This document shows, piece by piece, positions 53,801-64,000 of a stretch of DNA of 64,000 bases. This stretch comes from Chrysemys picta bellii. Its lineage: Eukaryota. The stretch covers positions 1,364,001-1,428,000 of the forward strand of contig NC_088806.1 of NCBI RefSeq assembly GCF_011386835.1, read 5' to 3'. The notes beneath the pieces are model-generated. The model saw only the letters and a program-made list of their open reading frames with translations. It did not search any database and was not told the origin of the DNA. Numbering within the stretch: position 1 is the stretch's first letter; each line of letters starts with the position of its first letter. The translations under genes were made by a program, and so were the position numbers.

Positions 53801-56233
53801 GGGCGGGGTTCTGTCCCGGGGGCGGGGCTAGGGGCGGTGGGCCGGGTTCTGTCCCGGGGGCGGGGCTAGGGGCGGTGGGCGGGGTTCTGTCCCGGTGGGC
53901 GGGGCTAGGGGCGGGGTTCTGTCCCGGTGGGCGGGGCTAGGGGCGATGGGCGGGGTTCTGTCCCGGTGGGCGGGGCTAGGGGCGATGGGCGGGGTTCTGT
54001 CCCGGTGGGCGGGGCTAGGGGCGATGGGCGGGGTCCTGTCCCGGTGGGCGGGGCTAGGGGCGATGGGCGGGGTTCTGTCCGGTGGGCGGGGCTAGGGGCG
54101 AGGTTCTGTCCCGGTGGGCGGGGCTAGGGGCGATGGGCGGGGCTCTGTCCCGGTGGGCGGGGTTCTGTCCCGGGGGCGGGGCTAGGGGCGATGGGCGGGG
54201 TTCTGTACCGGGGGGCGGGGCTAGGGGCGATGGGCGGGGTTCTGTCCCGGGGGCGGGGCTAGGGGCGGTGAGCGGGGTTCTGTCCCAGGGGCGGGGCTAG
54301 GGGCGGTGGGCGGGGTTCTGTCCCGGGGCGGGGCTAGGGGCGGTGGGCGGGGTTCTGTCCCGGGGGCGGGGCTAGGGGCGGTGGGCGGGGTTCTGTCCCG
54401 GGGCGGGGCTAGGGGCGGTGGGCGGGGTTCTGTCCCGGGGGCGGGGCTAGGGGCGGCGGGCGGGGTTCTGTACCGGGGGGCGGGGCTAGGGGCGCTGGGC
54501 GGGTTCTGTCCCGGTGGGCGGGGCTAGGGGCGGGGTTCTGTCCCGGGCGCGGGGCTAGGGGCGGTGGGCGGAGCTAGGGGCGGTGGGCGGGGTTCTGTCC
54601 TGGGGGCGGAGCTAGGGGCGGTGGGCGGGGTTCTGTCCCGGTGGGCGGGGCTAGGGCGGTGGGCGGGGTTCTGTCCCGGTGGGCGGGGCTAGGGGCGGGG
54701 TTCTGTCCCGGGGGCGGGGCTAGGGGCGGTGTTCTGTCTCGGTGGGCGGGGCTATGGGGCGGTGCGCGGTGTTCTGTCCCGGGGGGCGGGGCTTGGGGCG
54801 GTGTTCTGTCCCGGGGGCGGGGCTAGGGGCGATGGGCGGGGTTCTGTCCCGGTGGGAGGGGCTAGGGCGGTGGGCGGGGTTCTGTCCCGGTGGGAGGGGC
54901 TAGGGGCGGTGGGCGGGGTTCTGTCCCGGTGGGAGGGGCTAGGGGCGGTGGGCGGGGTTCTGTCCCGGTGGGCGGGGATAGGGGCGGTGGGCGGGGTTCT
55001 GTCCCGGTGGGCGGGGATAGGGGCGGTGGACGGGGCTAGGGGCGGGGTTCTGTCCCGGGGGCGGGGCTAGGGGCGGTGGGCGGGGTTCTGTCCCGGCAGG
55101 CTGGGCTAGGGGCGCTGGGCGGGGTTCTGTCCCGGGGCGGGGCTAGGGGCGATGGGCGGGGTTCTGTCCCGGTGGGCGGGGCTAGGGGCGGTGGGCGGGG
55201 TTCTGTCCCGGTGGGCGGGGTTCTGTCCCGGGGCGGGGCTAGGGGCGATGGGCGGGGTTCTGTCCCGGTGGGCGGGGCTAGGGGCGGTGGGCGGGGTTCT
55301 GTCCGGTGGGCGGGGATAGGGGCGGTGGGCGGGGTTCTGTCCCGGTGGGCGGGATAGGGGCGGGGTTCTGTCCCGGGGGCGGGGCTAGGGGCGGTGGGCA
55401 GGGTTCTGTCCCGGGGGCGGGGCTAGGGGCGGTGGGCAGGGTTCTGTCCCGGGGGCGGGGCTAGGGGCGGTGGACGGGGTTCTGTCCCGGGGGCGGGGCT
55501 AGGGGCGGCGGGCGGGGTTCTGTACCGGGGGGCGGGGCTAGGGGCGATAGGCGGGGTTCTGTCCCGGGGGCGGGGCTAGGGGCGGTGGGCGGGGTTCTGT
55601 CCCGGTGGGCGGGGTTCTGTCCCGGGGGCGGGGCTAGGGGCGGTGGGCGGGGTTCTGTCCCGGTGGGCGGGGCTAGGGGCGATGGGCGGGGTTCTGTCCC
55701 GGTGGGCGGGGCTAGGGGCGGGGTTCTGTCCGGTGGGCGGGGCTAGGGGCGATGGGCGGGGTTCTGTCCCGGTGGCGGGGTTCTGTCCCGGGGCGGGGCT
55801 AGGGGCGATGGGCGGGGTTCTGTACCGGGGGGCGGGGCTAGGGGCGCTGGGCGGGGTTCTGTCCCGGTGGGCGGGGCTAGGGGCGCTGGGCGGGGTTCTG
55901 TCCCGGTGGGCGGGGCTAGGGGCGGGGTTCTGTCCCGGGGGCGGGGCTAGGGGCGGTGGGCGGGGTTCTGTACCGGGGGGCGGGGCTAGGGGCGATGAGC
56001 GGGGTTCTGTCCCGGGGGCGGGGCTAGGGGCGATGGGCGGGGTTCTGTCCCGGGGGCGGGGCTAGTGGCGGTGGGCGGGGGCGCTCGGGGTCTCGGGCTC
56101 CCGCTCCCCCCCCGGCCCCGCACCCGCCCCGTGACCCCTGACCTCGCGCGCGGCGCCGCGTCTCCTGGTCGCCCAGCCCGGGCGGCCGCTCCATGGCGCT
56201 GAGGATGGAGCCCAGCAAGTCCAGCTCCGCCAT
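47828..56233 (-). CDS. SPAG7: Sperm-associated antigen 7 (R3H domain, 232 aa)
   Basis: Exons 56233-56143, 50054-49987, 49871-49783, 49282-49198, 48894-48805, 48451-48295, 47946-47828 (699 nt, open frame): [52 protein letters not shown]. Confidence 0.96.
49350..49740 (+). repeat. Minisatellite B array in SPAG7 intron
   Basis: About 6 copies. Confidence 0.9.
50105..51235 (+). repeat. Satellite A array in SPAG7 intron 1 (largest, ~15 copies)
   Basis: 75-bp periodicity, e.g. 50761 versus 50836. Confidence 0.95.
51545..53355 (+). repeat. Minisatellite I array (~45-bp unit)
   Basis: CTAGTTATAGCCCGGCCCGTACCGCGCCCCTCCCCCGGCCCCCGT repeats. Confidence 0.95.
51677..51892. mobile_element. Tc1/mariner-superfamily MITE (216 bp) with TA target-site duplication
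   Basis: TIRs CCCTGTTTCCCCGAAAATAAGAC and GTCTTATTTTCGGGAAACAGGG; TA at 51675-51676 and 51893-51894, duplicating the TA of a satellite I unit. Confidence 0.9.
53520..56075 (+). repeat. Minisatellite J array (~38-40-bp GC-box unit, 2.5 kb)
   Basis: GGGCGGGGCTAGGGGCGGTGGGCGGGGTTCTGTCCCGG variants. Confidence 0.95.
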
Positions 56234-56480
56234 GGCGCCGCGCCCCGCCCCTTCCGCCGCGTCACGCCGCGTCACCGCCGCCCCCGGAAGCGCCCGGCCC
56301 GGCCCGGCCTCCCCGGCGTCTTAAAGGGGAGGGGCTTAAAGCGGCGCGTCGGAGGCGGGAAATTCACACCCTTAAAGGGGAAGGGGGAAGCCCCGCCCCC
56401 CAGGCCAGTGATGACAGGGCAGGCGCAGGGGCCGCGTCGGCGGACAAATAATAGCAGGGGCATTAAAGGGGCGGTTCAAC
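56234..56480 (-). promoter_or_regulatory. SPAG7 CpG-island promoter
   Basis: GC boxes, two TGACG half-sites (CGTCA on +, about 56259-56274), CCGGAAG ETS-like site at about 56284. Confidence 0.6.
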
Positions 56481-56684
56481 CCCTCCTCCCCCCGCCGACT
56501 TAAAGGGGAGGCGCAGGGCACTCGGGGGGAGGGGTTAGCGGGTGGAAGGACGCAGCCCCTCCCCTTCCCGGACTCCTGGGTCCCCAGGTTGAAGACCCCT
56601 CCGCCCCCATTGACCCATCAGTTCCCGGGCTGGGATTACACCCCCCCCCCGGCAGCAACCCCCCCCTCGTTAACCCCCAGTCCT

Positions 56685-57935
56685 GCAGCGGCGAGTCCCG
56701 CGGGGTAACGACCCCCCCCGGGCTCCGTGTCCGTCCCGCGGCGGTGAGTCCCGCGGGGTAACGAGCCCCCCCCAGGCTCCGTGTCCGTCCCGCGGCGGTG
56801 AGTCCCGCGGGGTAACGAGCCCCCCCTGGGCTCCGTGTCCGTCCCGCGGCGGTGAGTCCCGCGGGGTAACGAGCCCCCCCCAGGCTCCGTGTCCGTCCCG
56901 CGGCGGTGAGTCCCGCGGGGTAACAAGCCCCCCACAGGCTCCGTGTCCGTCCCCCGGCGGTGAGTCCCGCGGGGTAACAAGCCCCCCACAGGCTCCGTGT
57001 CCGTCCCCCGGCGGCGAGTCCCGCGGGGTAACAAGCGCCCCCCAGGCTCCGTTTCCGTCCCGCGGCGGTGAGTCCCGCGGGGTAACGAGCCCCCGCCAGG
57101 CTCCGTGTCCGTCCCGCGGCGGTGAATCCACTGGGGTCACGAGCCCCCCCCCCCCCCGGGCTCCGTGTCCGTCCCCCAGCCGCGAGTCCCGCGGGGTAAC
57201 GAGGCACCCAAGCCACCCCCCCCAGGCTCCTTGTCTGTCCTGCAGCAGCGAGTCCCCCGGGATAACGAGGCACCGGGCCGCCCCCCGGGCTCCATGTCCG
57301 TCCCGCGGCGGTGAGTCCCCCGGGGTAACGAGCCCCGCCCCCCGCGGGCTCCGTGTCCGTCCCCCAGCCGCGAGTCCCGCGGGGTAACGAGGCACCCAAG
57401 CCACCGCCCCCAGGCTCCTTGTCTGTCCTGCAGCAGCGAGTCCCCCGGGATAACGAGGCACGTCCCGCGGCGGTGAGTCCCCCGGGATAACGAGGCACCC
57501 GGCCGCCCCCCCGGGCTCCATGTCCGTCCCGCGGCGGTGAGTCCCCCGGGGTAACGAGGCACCCCCCTGCGCTCCGTGTCCCTCCCACGGCAGCGAGGCC
57601 CCCTGGGTAAGGAGGCGCCCGGCTGCCCCCCGGGCTCCGTGTCCCTCCCACGGCGGCGAGTCCCCCGGGGTAACGAGGCACCCCCCTGCGCTCCATGTCC
57701 GTCCCGCGGCGGCAAGTCCCCCGGGGTAACGAGGCACCCCCCTGCGCTCCATGTCCGTCCCGCGGCGGCGAGTCCCCCGGGGTAACGAGGCACCCCCCTG
57801 CGCTCCATGTCCGTCCCACGGCAGCAAGTCCCCCAGGGTAACGAGGCACCCCCCTGCGCTCCGTGTCCATCCCACGGTGGCGAGGCCCCCTGGGTAAGGA
57901 GGCGCCCGGCCGCCCCTCAGGCTCCGTGTCCCTCC
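56685..57935 (+). repeat. Minisatellite K array (~55-60-bp units) between the CAMTA2 3' end and the SPAG7 promoter
   Basis: GAGTCCCGCGGGGTAACGAGCCCCCCCCAGGCTCCGTGTCCGTCCCGCGGCGGT repeats. Confidence 0.95.
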
Positions 57936-57976
57936 CGCGGCCCCCCACATCACACTGACTTCGTTTTTTTTTCCTT

Positions 57977-58186
57977 TTTAATGTAAATTTATACAAACAA
58001 ACCCATGCAAAAGGTTAGAAACGTGGGGGACAGACATTTCGGGGAGAGTGTGGGGGGGGCAGGGTGAACAGCACAGGGGGGGTGTTTTAATTTTTACCAG
58101 CATGCAGCTCTTCCCCCCCGCGCCGTGGAGAGCCCGAGCGGCTTTAAGATTTGTTTTTAAATATATTCTTCAGTATAATTTTTATT
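57977..58186 (-). terminator. CAMTA2 polyadenylation region
   Basis: Minus-strand AATAAA (58181-58186) and ATTAAA (57977-57982) in the AT-rich UTR end. Confidence 0.5.
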
Positions 58187-59471
58187 TTGTTTAGGGTCCC
58201 CCCCACCAATATATTACAACTATGTACACAAGGTGTGTGTGTCTGTGTGCATGAGGGGGCGGGCAGGGGTGGGGGGGACACAGGCTTTATACAGCAAGCA
58301 GGGAACATGGGGGGGCAACCTGGGAGGCTCCACCCCCCCTGCTCCCCCGATAGCACATCTGTAATATATACACAGCGGCCCCAGCGAGGGGGAAATGACC
58401 CACTGAAGGGCTCCCGGGGGCCGACCCAGACCAGCGGGAGGGTCTGGCGAGGGCAGGGATAGGGGGCTCGGGGCGTTAGGAGGGCTGGGCTCAGGGTCCC
58501 TTTAAGAAGAGGCCCAGCAAGGCTGTGGGGAGCAGGGACCCAGAGGCTGGGTGCTGCAAAGCCCCATAGGATGTAGTTCTCAGCCCCACCCCCGGCCCTG
58601 TGGGGTGGGGGGTGTGTGTGTGGGTGAAGACCCTGCAGCTGGGGACAGGTCAAGCACATAAGGCTGAATGAGTACTTAAAGGGCCCTGTTTGCAGAGGGC
58701 TGGGAATGAGCCAGCAAGAGAACCCAGGAGTCCTGGCTCCCAGCCCCCCGGCTGTAACCCACCAGCCCCCACTCCCCTCCCAGAGCCGGGGAGAGAACCC
58801 AGGAGTCCTGGCTCCCAGCCCCCTGCGCTAACCCACCAGCCCCCACTCCCCTCCCAGAACCGGGGAGAGAACCCAGGAGTCCTGGCTCCCAGCTCCCCCT
58901 GCTCTAACCACCAGCCCCCACTCCTCTCCCAGAGCCGGGGAGAGAACCCAGGAGTCCTGGCTCCCAGCCCCCGCTGCTCTAACCCACCAGCCCCCACTCC
59001 TCTCCCAGAGCCAGGGAGAGAACCCAGGAGTCCTGGCTCCCAGCCTGGGCGGGGGGTAACTTGGCACAAAGATCCGGTGAAATGAAGGGGGCAGCGGAGG
59101 GATATGGGGGTACAACAGATGGTACCTCAGTTCTGAAGAGACATTCCCCCCCCCACCCCGCATGGCTGCATCATCCCCTTCAGGCCAACTCAGGTGAGCC
59201 CCCTTGGCGTGAGGAGCGAGCCAGGACCCCCTCCAATCTGCTTCCCTCCAGCCACTCTCTATTGCACAATTGTTAAGACAGGGGGGGCCCTGCACCCCCC
59301 CCAGGGGAGGCCACGCTCCGTCGCCGCCGGGGCTTAAGACTCCATCATCACAGTTTCAGAAGGGGAGCGAAGGTGGGGGCGGCCGGCCAGCCGGCCCCGG
59401 ATGCCTGGGTTCCCGGTGTGGCTGCCCCAAGCTTTGGCGGGCCGCAGGCGGGGGGGGCAGAGGGGGCAGCG

Positions 59472-62400
59472 CTAAGTGGCCAGACCTCGCTTCTGTAAAC
59501 TTTCCACCTCTTTGCTTTGCTTTAGTTCCTTCATCCTGTGGGGGGCACAGAGAAATAGGCGGTAAGGTGGAGGGTTCCCAATGACCCCCCCAAACTTCAA
59601 TCCCACCCCATGGGGTGTCCCCCACACCCCGATTACAGCCTGGGAGCACGGATGCCCATGCACCTTCCTCCTTTCATGCCACCTCATCCACCAGCCCCTC
59701 CAATGAGCCAGATTCCCACACCCAGCGCATCCTGCCCCATCCCTCTGCGGGGGGCGCTCCCACCTCCATCCTCGACTGCCCCCGCGTCTCCCCCCGGCCG
59801 CCATACCTGTGCCGGCAGCGACGCAGGAACCGCATGATCTTACGGGCGGCCTGGTCCTGCTTCTTCGTGAGGAAAGTGCCCCTGGGGAGAGACAAAAGAA
59901 GAAGCGAAGGTGGAGCAGGGCAGATGGTCATAGAGAGACCCCTTGCTGATGCGGCCAGCTCTGGGGCGGGGCGGCCGGTTACCCAGCGACCCCTCGCCCG
60001 GCGCTGAGATGTGCCCACCTCTGGGGCAGGGCGGCCGGTTACCCAGGGACCCCTCGCCCGGCGCTGAGACGCAGCCACCTCTGGGGCGGGGCGGCCGGTT
60101 ACCCCAGTGACCCCTCGCCCGGTGCTGAGATGCACCCACCTCTGGGGCGAGGTGGCCCGAGCCAATGCCAACTAGATCTGTGGGATCTTTTCATAGCCAG
60201 AGAGGTGACAGGAGCCAGTGGGGATAGGGAGCAGCCCCCCCCCCACACTAACCCACCAGCTCCCACCCCCCTCCCAGAGCAGGGGAGAGAACCCAGGAGT
60301 CCTGGCACCCAGCCCCCCCTGCTCTGACCCATCAGCCCCCAGTTCCCTCCCAGAGCCGGGGAGAGACCCCAGGAGTCCTGGCTCCCAGCCCCCCCTGCTC
60401 TGACCCAGCAGCCCCCACTCCCCTCCCAGAGCCAGGAGAGAACCCAGGAGTCCCTGGCTCCCAGCCCCCCCTGCTCTAACCCACCAGCTCCCCACTCCCC
60501 TCCCAGAGCCAGGGAGAGAACCCAGGAGTCCTGGCTCCCAGCCCCCACTGCTCTAACCCACCAGCCCCTACTCCCCTCCTAGAGCCGGGGAGAGAACCCA
60601 GGAGTCCTGGCTCCCAGCCCCCGCTGCTCTAACCCACCAGCCCCCCACTCCCCTCCCAGAGCCGGGGGAACCCAGGAGTCCAGGCCCCTACTTCATCTTG
60701 TGCTGCATGGTGGCGGAGGCCCGGTGGCCCTGTTTCAGCTTCTCGTACTCCTTGTAGCTGCGGTAGTACTGCTGGATCAGCACGGCGGCCCGGCGGCTCT
60801 GCTGGAACTTCTTCTGCTCGTAGTAGCTGCGGAACTTGCTCTGGATCAGAATGGCCGCCTGCGTCATCTTCTTATACAGCGCGTACTGCGGGGGAGCAGC
60901 GGGGTCAGCGGGGGAACCAGAGCCCTCCCCTCCCAGAGCCGGGGGGAACCCAGGAGTCCTGGCTCCCACCCCCCTGCTCTAACCCGCCAGCCCCCACTGC
61001 CCTCCCAGAGCCGGGGAGAACCCAGGAGTCCTGGCTCCCACCCCCCTGCTCTAACCCACCAGCCCCCACTGCCCTCCCAGAGCCGGGGAGAGAACCCAGG
61101 AGTCCTGGCTCCCAGCCCCCCTGCTCTAACCACCAGCCCCCACTGCCCTCCCAGAGCCGGGGAGAGAACCCAGGAGTCCTGGCTCCCAGCCCCCCTGCTC
61201 TAACCCACCAGCCCCCACTCCCCTCCCAGAGCCGGGGGGAACCCAGGAGTCCTGGCTCCCACCCCCTGCTCTAACCATCAGCCCCCACTGCCCTCCCAGA
61301 GCTGGGGGGAACCCAGGAGTCCTGGCTCCCACCCCCTGCTCTAACCACCAGTCCCCTCTCCCCTCCCAGAGCCGGGGGGAACCCAGGAGTCCTGGCTCCC
61401 AGCGCCCCCGCTTGCTTGCATATATATATTTGGTTTATTGTAAGAGGTTTACAGATGTATATTAACGTGCGTTCAGCTGTAACGCAAGGCCATATGCTGT
61501 ATGTTAAGGTAAGGCAAAGTCAGCATCTATGTCAGGGGCTCTCCCCTAGACAGACAGAGAACTGCACAGGGGGCTGCACGTCTGTACCCTCAGATTGAAC
61601 CGCTACCCCACCAGGAAAGAACCGAAAGAACAGGGAGAACAACAGTAGCGTGTGTGTATGATCGACTCGTCATGAATAGGTCTGTACATGTCAGCGACAC
61701 GCCAGCCTACGGAGTAAGGGGACCCTGACGTTTCTGTGGATGGGGAGCGGAGGAGGAAGGATTTCCGGCCCCTGTGGGGCCCCACCTCGCGAGAGAGGCT
61801 GGATTGGTTTTTCTTAAGCTCCCTATGTTCCAAGGGGCCGCGGCTGTGCTTGGCTTCCCAGAGCTTTTGCTCTTCATTTTGGGGGGTCGGTTTGGATCTT
61901 ACGGTGAAGCGAGTTAAGTAAACTGGATATTCGTGTCGCTAGCTCTGAGCTCCAGCTCCTCCTCCGCTCTGCGCCTCTCGCTCAGGAACAGAGGAGACTG
62001 AACGGCCAGGGGCGAGGCTGGGCCTGTCTCTCCCCACCGGGTGACCAGGGAAGGGGGGGAGTCGATGAACCAAAGCTTTGGAGCCTATAGTAGCCTAGTC
62101 CCACATGGACCTTCTGACTAGCAGGAAAACAAAGGTAACTTTGTAAGTGGGAAATGTCCCCATTTCATTACTACTTCATTGTATCTGACTCAAAGGTCTT
62201 TAAGGCCGTATCGGTCTCAGTGGGAGCTTCCTGGCACAGCCCCGCGGGCTCCTTTGTAAACTCTGTGGAGCCTGATTCAGGACAAGAACCTTATTATCTT
62301 CGAATCAAACGGACTGGCGAGCCCAAAACCCGCATTATCCAACTTAATAATATTAACCTTATACATCAGGCAACACCTCCCAGAGCCGGGGAGAGAACCC

Positions 62401-63935
62401 AGGCGTCCTGGCTCCCAGCCCGCCCAGCCCCCACTCCTCTCCCAGAGCCGGGGAGAGAACCCAGGAGTCCTGGCTCCCAGCCCCCCCCGCTCTAACCCAC
62501 CAGCCCCCACTCCTCTCCCAGAGCCGGGGAGAGAACCCAGGAGTCCTGGCTCCCAGCCCCCCCCTGCTCTAACCCACCAGCCCCCACTCCCCCTCCCCAG
62601 AGCCAGGGGGAGAACCCAGGAGTCCTGGCTCCCAGCCCCACTGCTCTTACCCACCAGCCCCCACTCCCCCTCCAGAGCCGGGGAGAGAACTAGCAGCTCA
62701 CACCCCTCCCTGCAATCAGCGTCCCCCCACATCCACACACCAGCCTGGAGACCCCACCCCACCCCAGCCCCCTATTCCCCACAGGGTCACCCGAGCCCTC
62801 CTGCTTGTTACCTTCAAAGCGATCCACGTGAGCTTGCGAGACAGAGAGAGAAGAGGTATGTTAGTGGGAGTGGGGGGCGCTCCCGGGCCGAGACCCGATG
62901 GACTCGGCTCACATGGGCACCAGGCTACAGCCCAGCTCAGGCTGGCCCACAGCTCCCAGGGCAGCCCCCCACCTTGGGGCCCCGGAAGGGCAGCACAGGG
63001 GGTGGGGGGTCCCCAGCTGGGAGTTACCTGCTTATACTTGCGGTAACATCGCTGGATCACAGCCGCCGCCGTCTCCTGTTGCTCCTTCAGCCGGCGGCCC
63101 TGGGGGGAGAGGGGAGTGAGGGGGGGGCAGAGACAGAGCTGGGGGGGCAGGTCCCTGGCACCCGGGGACGGTGGGATGCGGGGGAGAGGGCTATCCTGTT
63201 GCTGGGCAGGGTGGTAAGGTGAGTGATGCTTGTTGCCATGGCGAATTCCCCGTTGCCAGGGGACCGTACATGGAGATGCCTGTTACCATGGGGAATTTCC
63301 CGTTGCCAGGAGACAGTACAAGAGACATGGAGATGCCTGTTGCCATTGGGAATTCCCCGTTGCCAAGGGATTGTACATGGAGATGCCTGTTGCCATGGGG
63401 AATTCCCAGCTGCTGGGGACCATACATGGAGATGCCTGTTGCCATGGGGAATTTCCCGTTGCCAGGGGACAGTACAAGAGACATGGGGATGCCTGTTGCC
63501 ATGGGGATTGTACATGGAGATGCCTGTTGCCATGGGGAATTCTCAGTTGCCGGCGACCGTACATGGAGATGGCTGTTGCCATGGGGAATTCCCAGTTGCC
63601 AGGGGACCGTACACGGAGATGCCTGTTGCCATGGGGAATTCCCAGTTGCCGGGGAACCAGGCAGCAGCCTAGGGAAAAGTGCAGGATTCCCATAGGCAGA
63701 GGAGGATGGAGGGAGAGGGCGGACGCCCGTTGCCAGGAGGTACCTTGTACTTGCGGAAGGCGGTCTGGATGACGCGGGCGGCCTCATAGAGCTCCCGCTG
63801 CTCGTGGTCGGACAGTGTCAGCAGCGCAAACTCGCTCTCCATCTTCCCGTTGGCCGAGGCGTTGAGGAACTCAGCCCAGCTGGCGGCCGTGGAGGGCGGG
63901 GGCAGCCGGTCGAAGGGCAGCTCCCCGAGCGGGGC
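59472..63935 (-). CDS. CAMTA2: Calmodulin-binding transcription activator 2, 3' exons (IQ motifs); gene continues beyond the window
   Basis: Exons 63935-63744, 63099-63028, 62832-62812 (21-nt LTWIALK), 60885-60692, 59881-59807, 59535-59472: ELYEAARVIQTAFRKYK, AAILIQSKFRSYYEQK, KKQDQAARKIMRFLRRCRHR...GLAT*. Confidence 0.95.
60250..61405 (-). repeat. Satellite A arrays flanking a CAMTA2 exon (60250-60690, 60925-61405; also 58720-59045 and 62376-62695)
   Basis: C-rich strand on +. Confidence 0.9.
61413..62375 (-). mobile_element. Putative solo LTR (~960 bp) in CAMTA2 intron
   Basis: Non-satellite island; minus strand TGTTGCC...GCAAGCA with AATAAA near the 3' end; no TSD found. Confidence 0.5.
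63230..63660 (+). repeat. Minisatellite L array (~50-bp unit) in CAMTA2 intron
   Basis: GGAGATGCCTGTTGCCATGGGGAATTCCCAGTTGCCAGGGGACCGTACAT repeats. Confidence 0.95.
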
Positions 63936-64000
63936 CTGCAGGGGGCTGAGACACACCCGGGACGAGGACATCGGCCTGGGGAGGCAGGGGGGTCATGAGA

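Noticed and set aside
56500-57996. 498-aa and 427-aa ORFs
   Set aside because: Minisatellite K translations.

Overview
Eukaryotic (vertebrate) DNA, most likely a turtle or related sauropsid GC-rich micro/dot chromosome; the taxon is inferred from repeat types, not verified. Bases 1-7.9 kb are a nest of decayed retroelements: a Gmr1-like Ty3/Gypsy element split by a rearranged LTR-element composite that itself carries CR1 and Penelope-like fragments. Bases 13.8-64 kb hold five intron-containing genes in the human 17p13.2 order: RNF167(+), PFN1(-), ENO3(+), SPAG7(-) and the 3' end of CAMTA2(-). I traced the exons by eye through GT-AG boundaries. All are in frame except a +1 frameshift in the RING-coding last exon of RNF167. 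Introns and intergenic DNA are filled with at least 12 GC-rich minisatellite families, and nearly all long ORFs in the ORF track are artefacts of these repeats. Most notable: a pervasive ~75-bp satellite that looks like an amplified tRNA-derived SINE head, CTCF-motif-bearing minisatellites, the RNF167 frameshift, the inverted nested LTR composite, and an intronic MEF2/E-box enhancer candidate in ENO3. No prokaryotic-type system (CRISPR, operon) is present.
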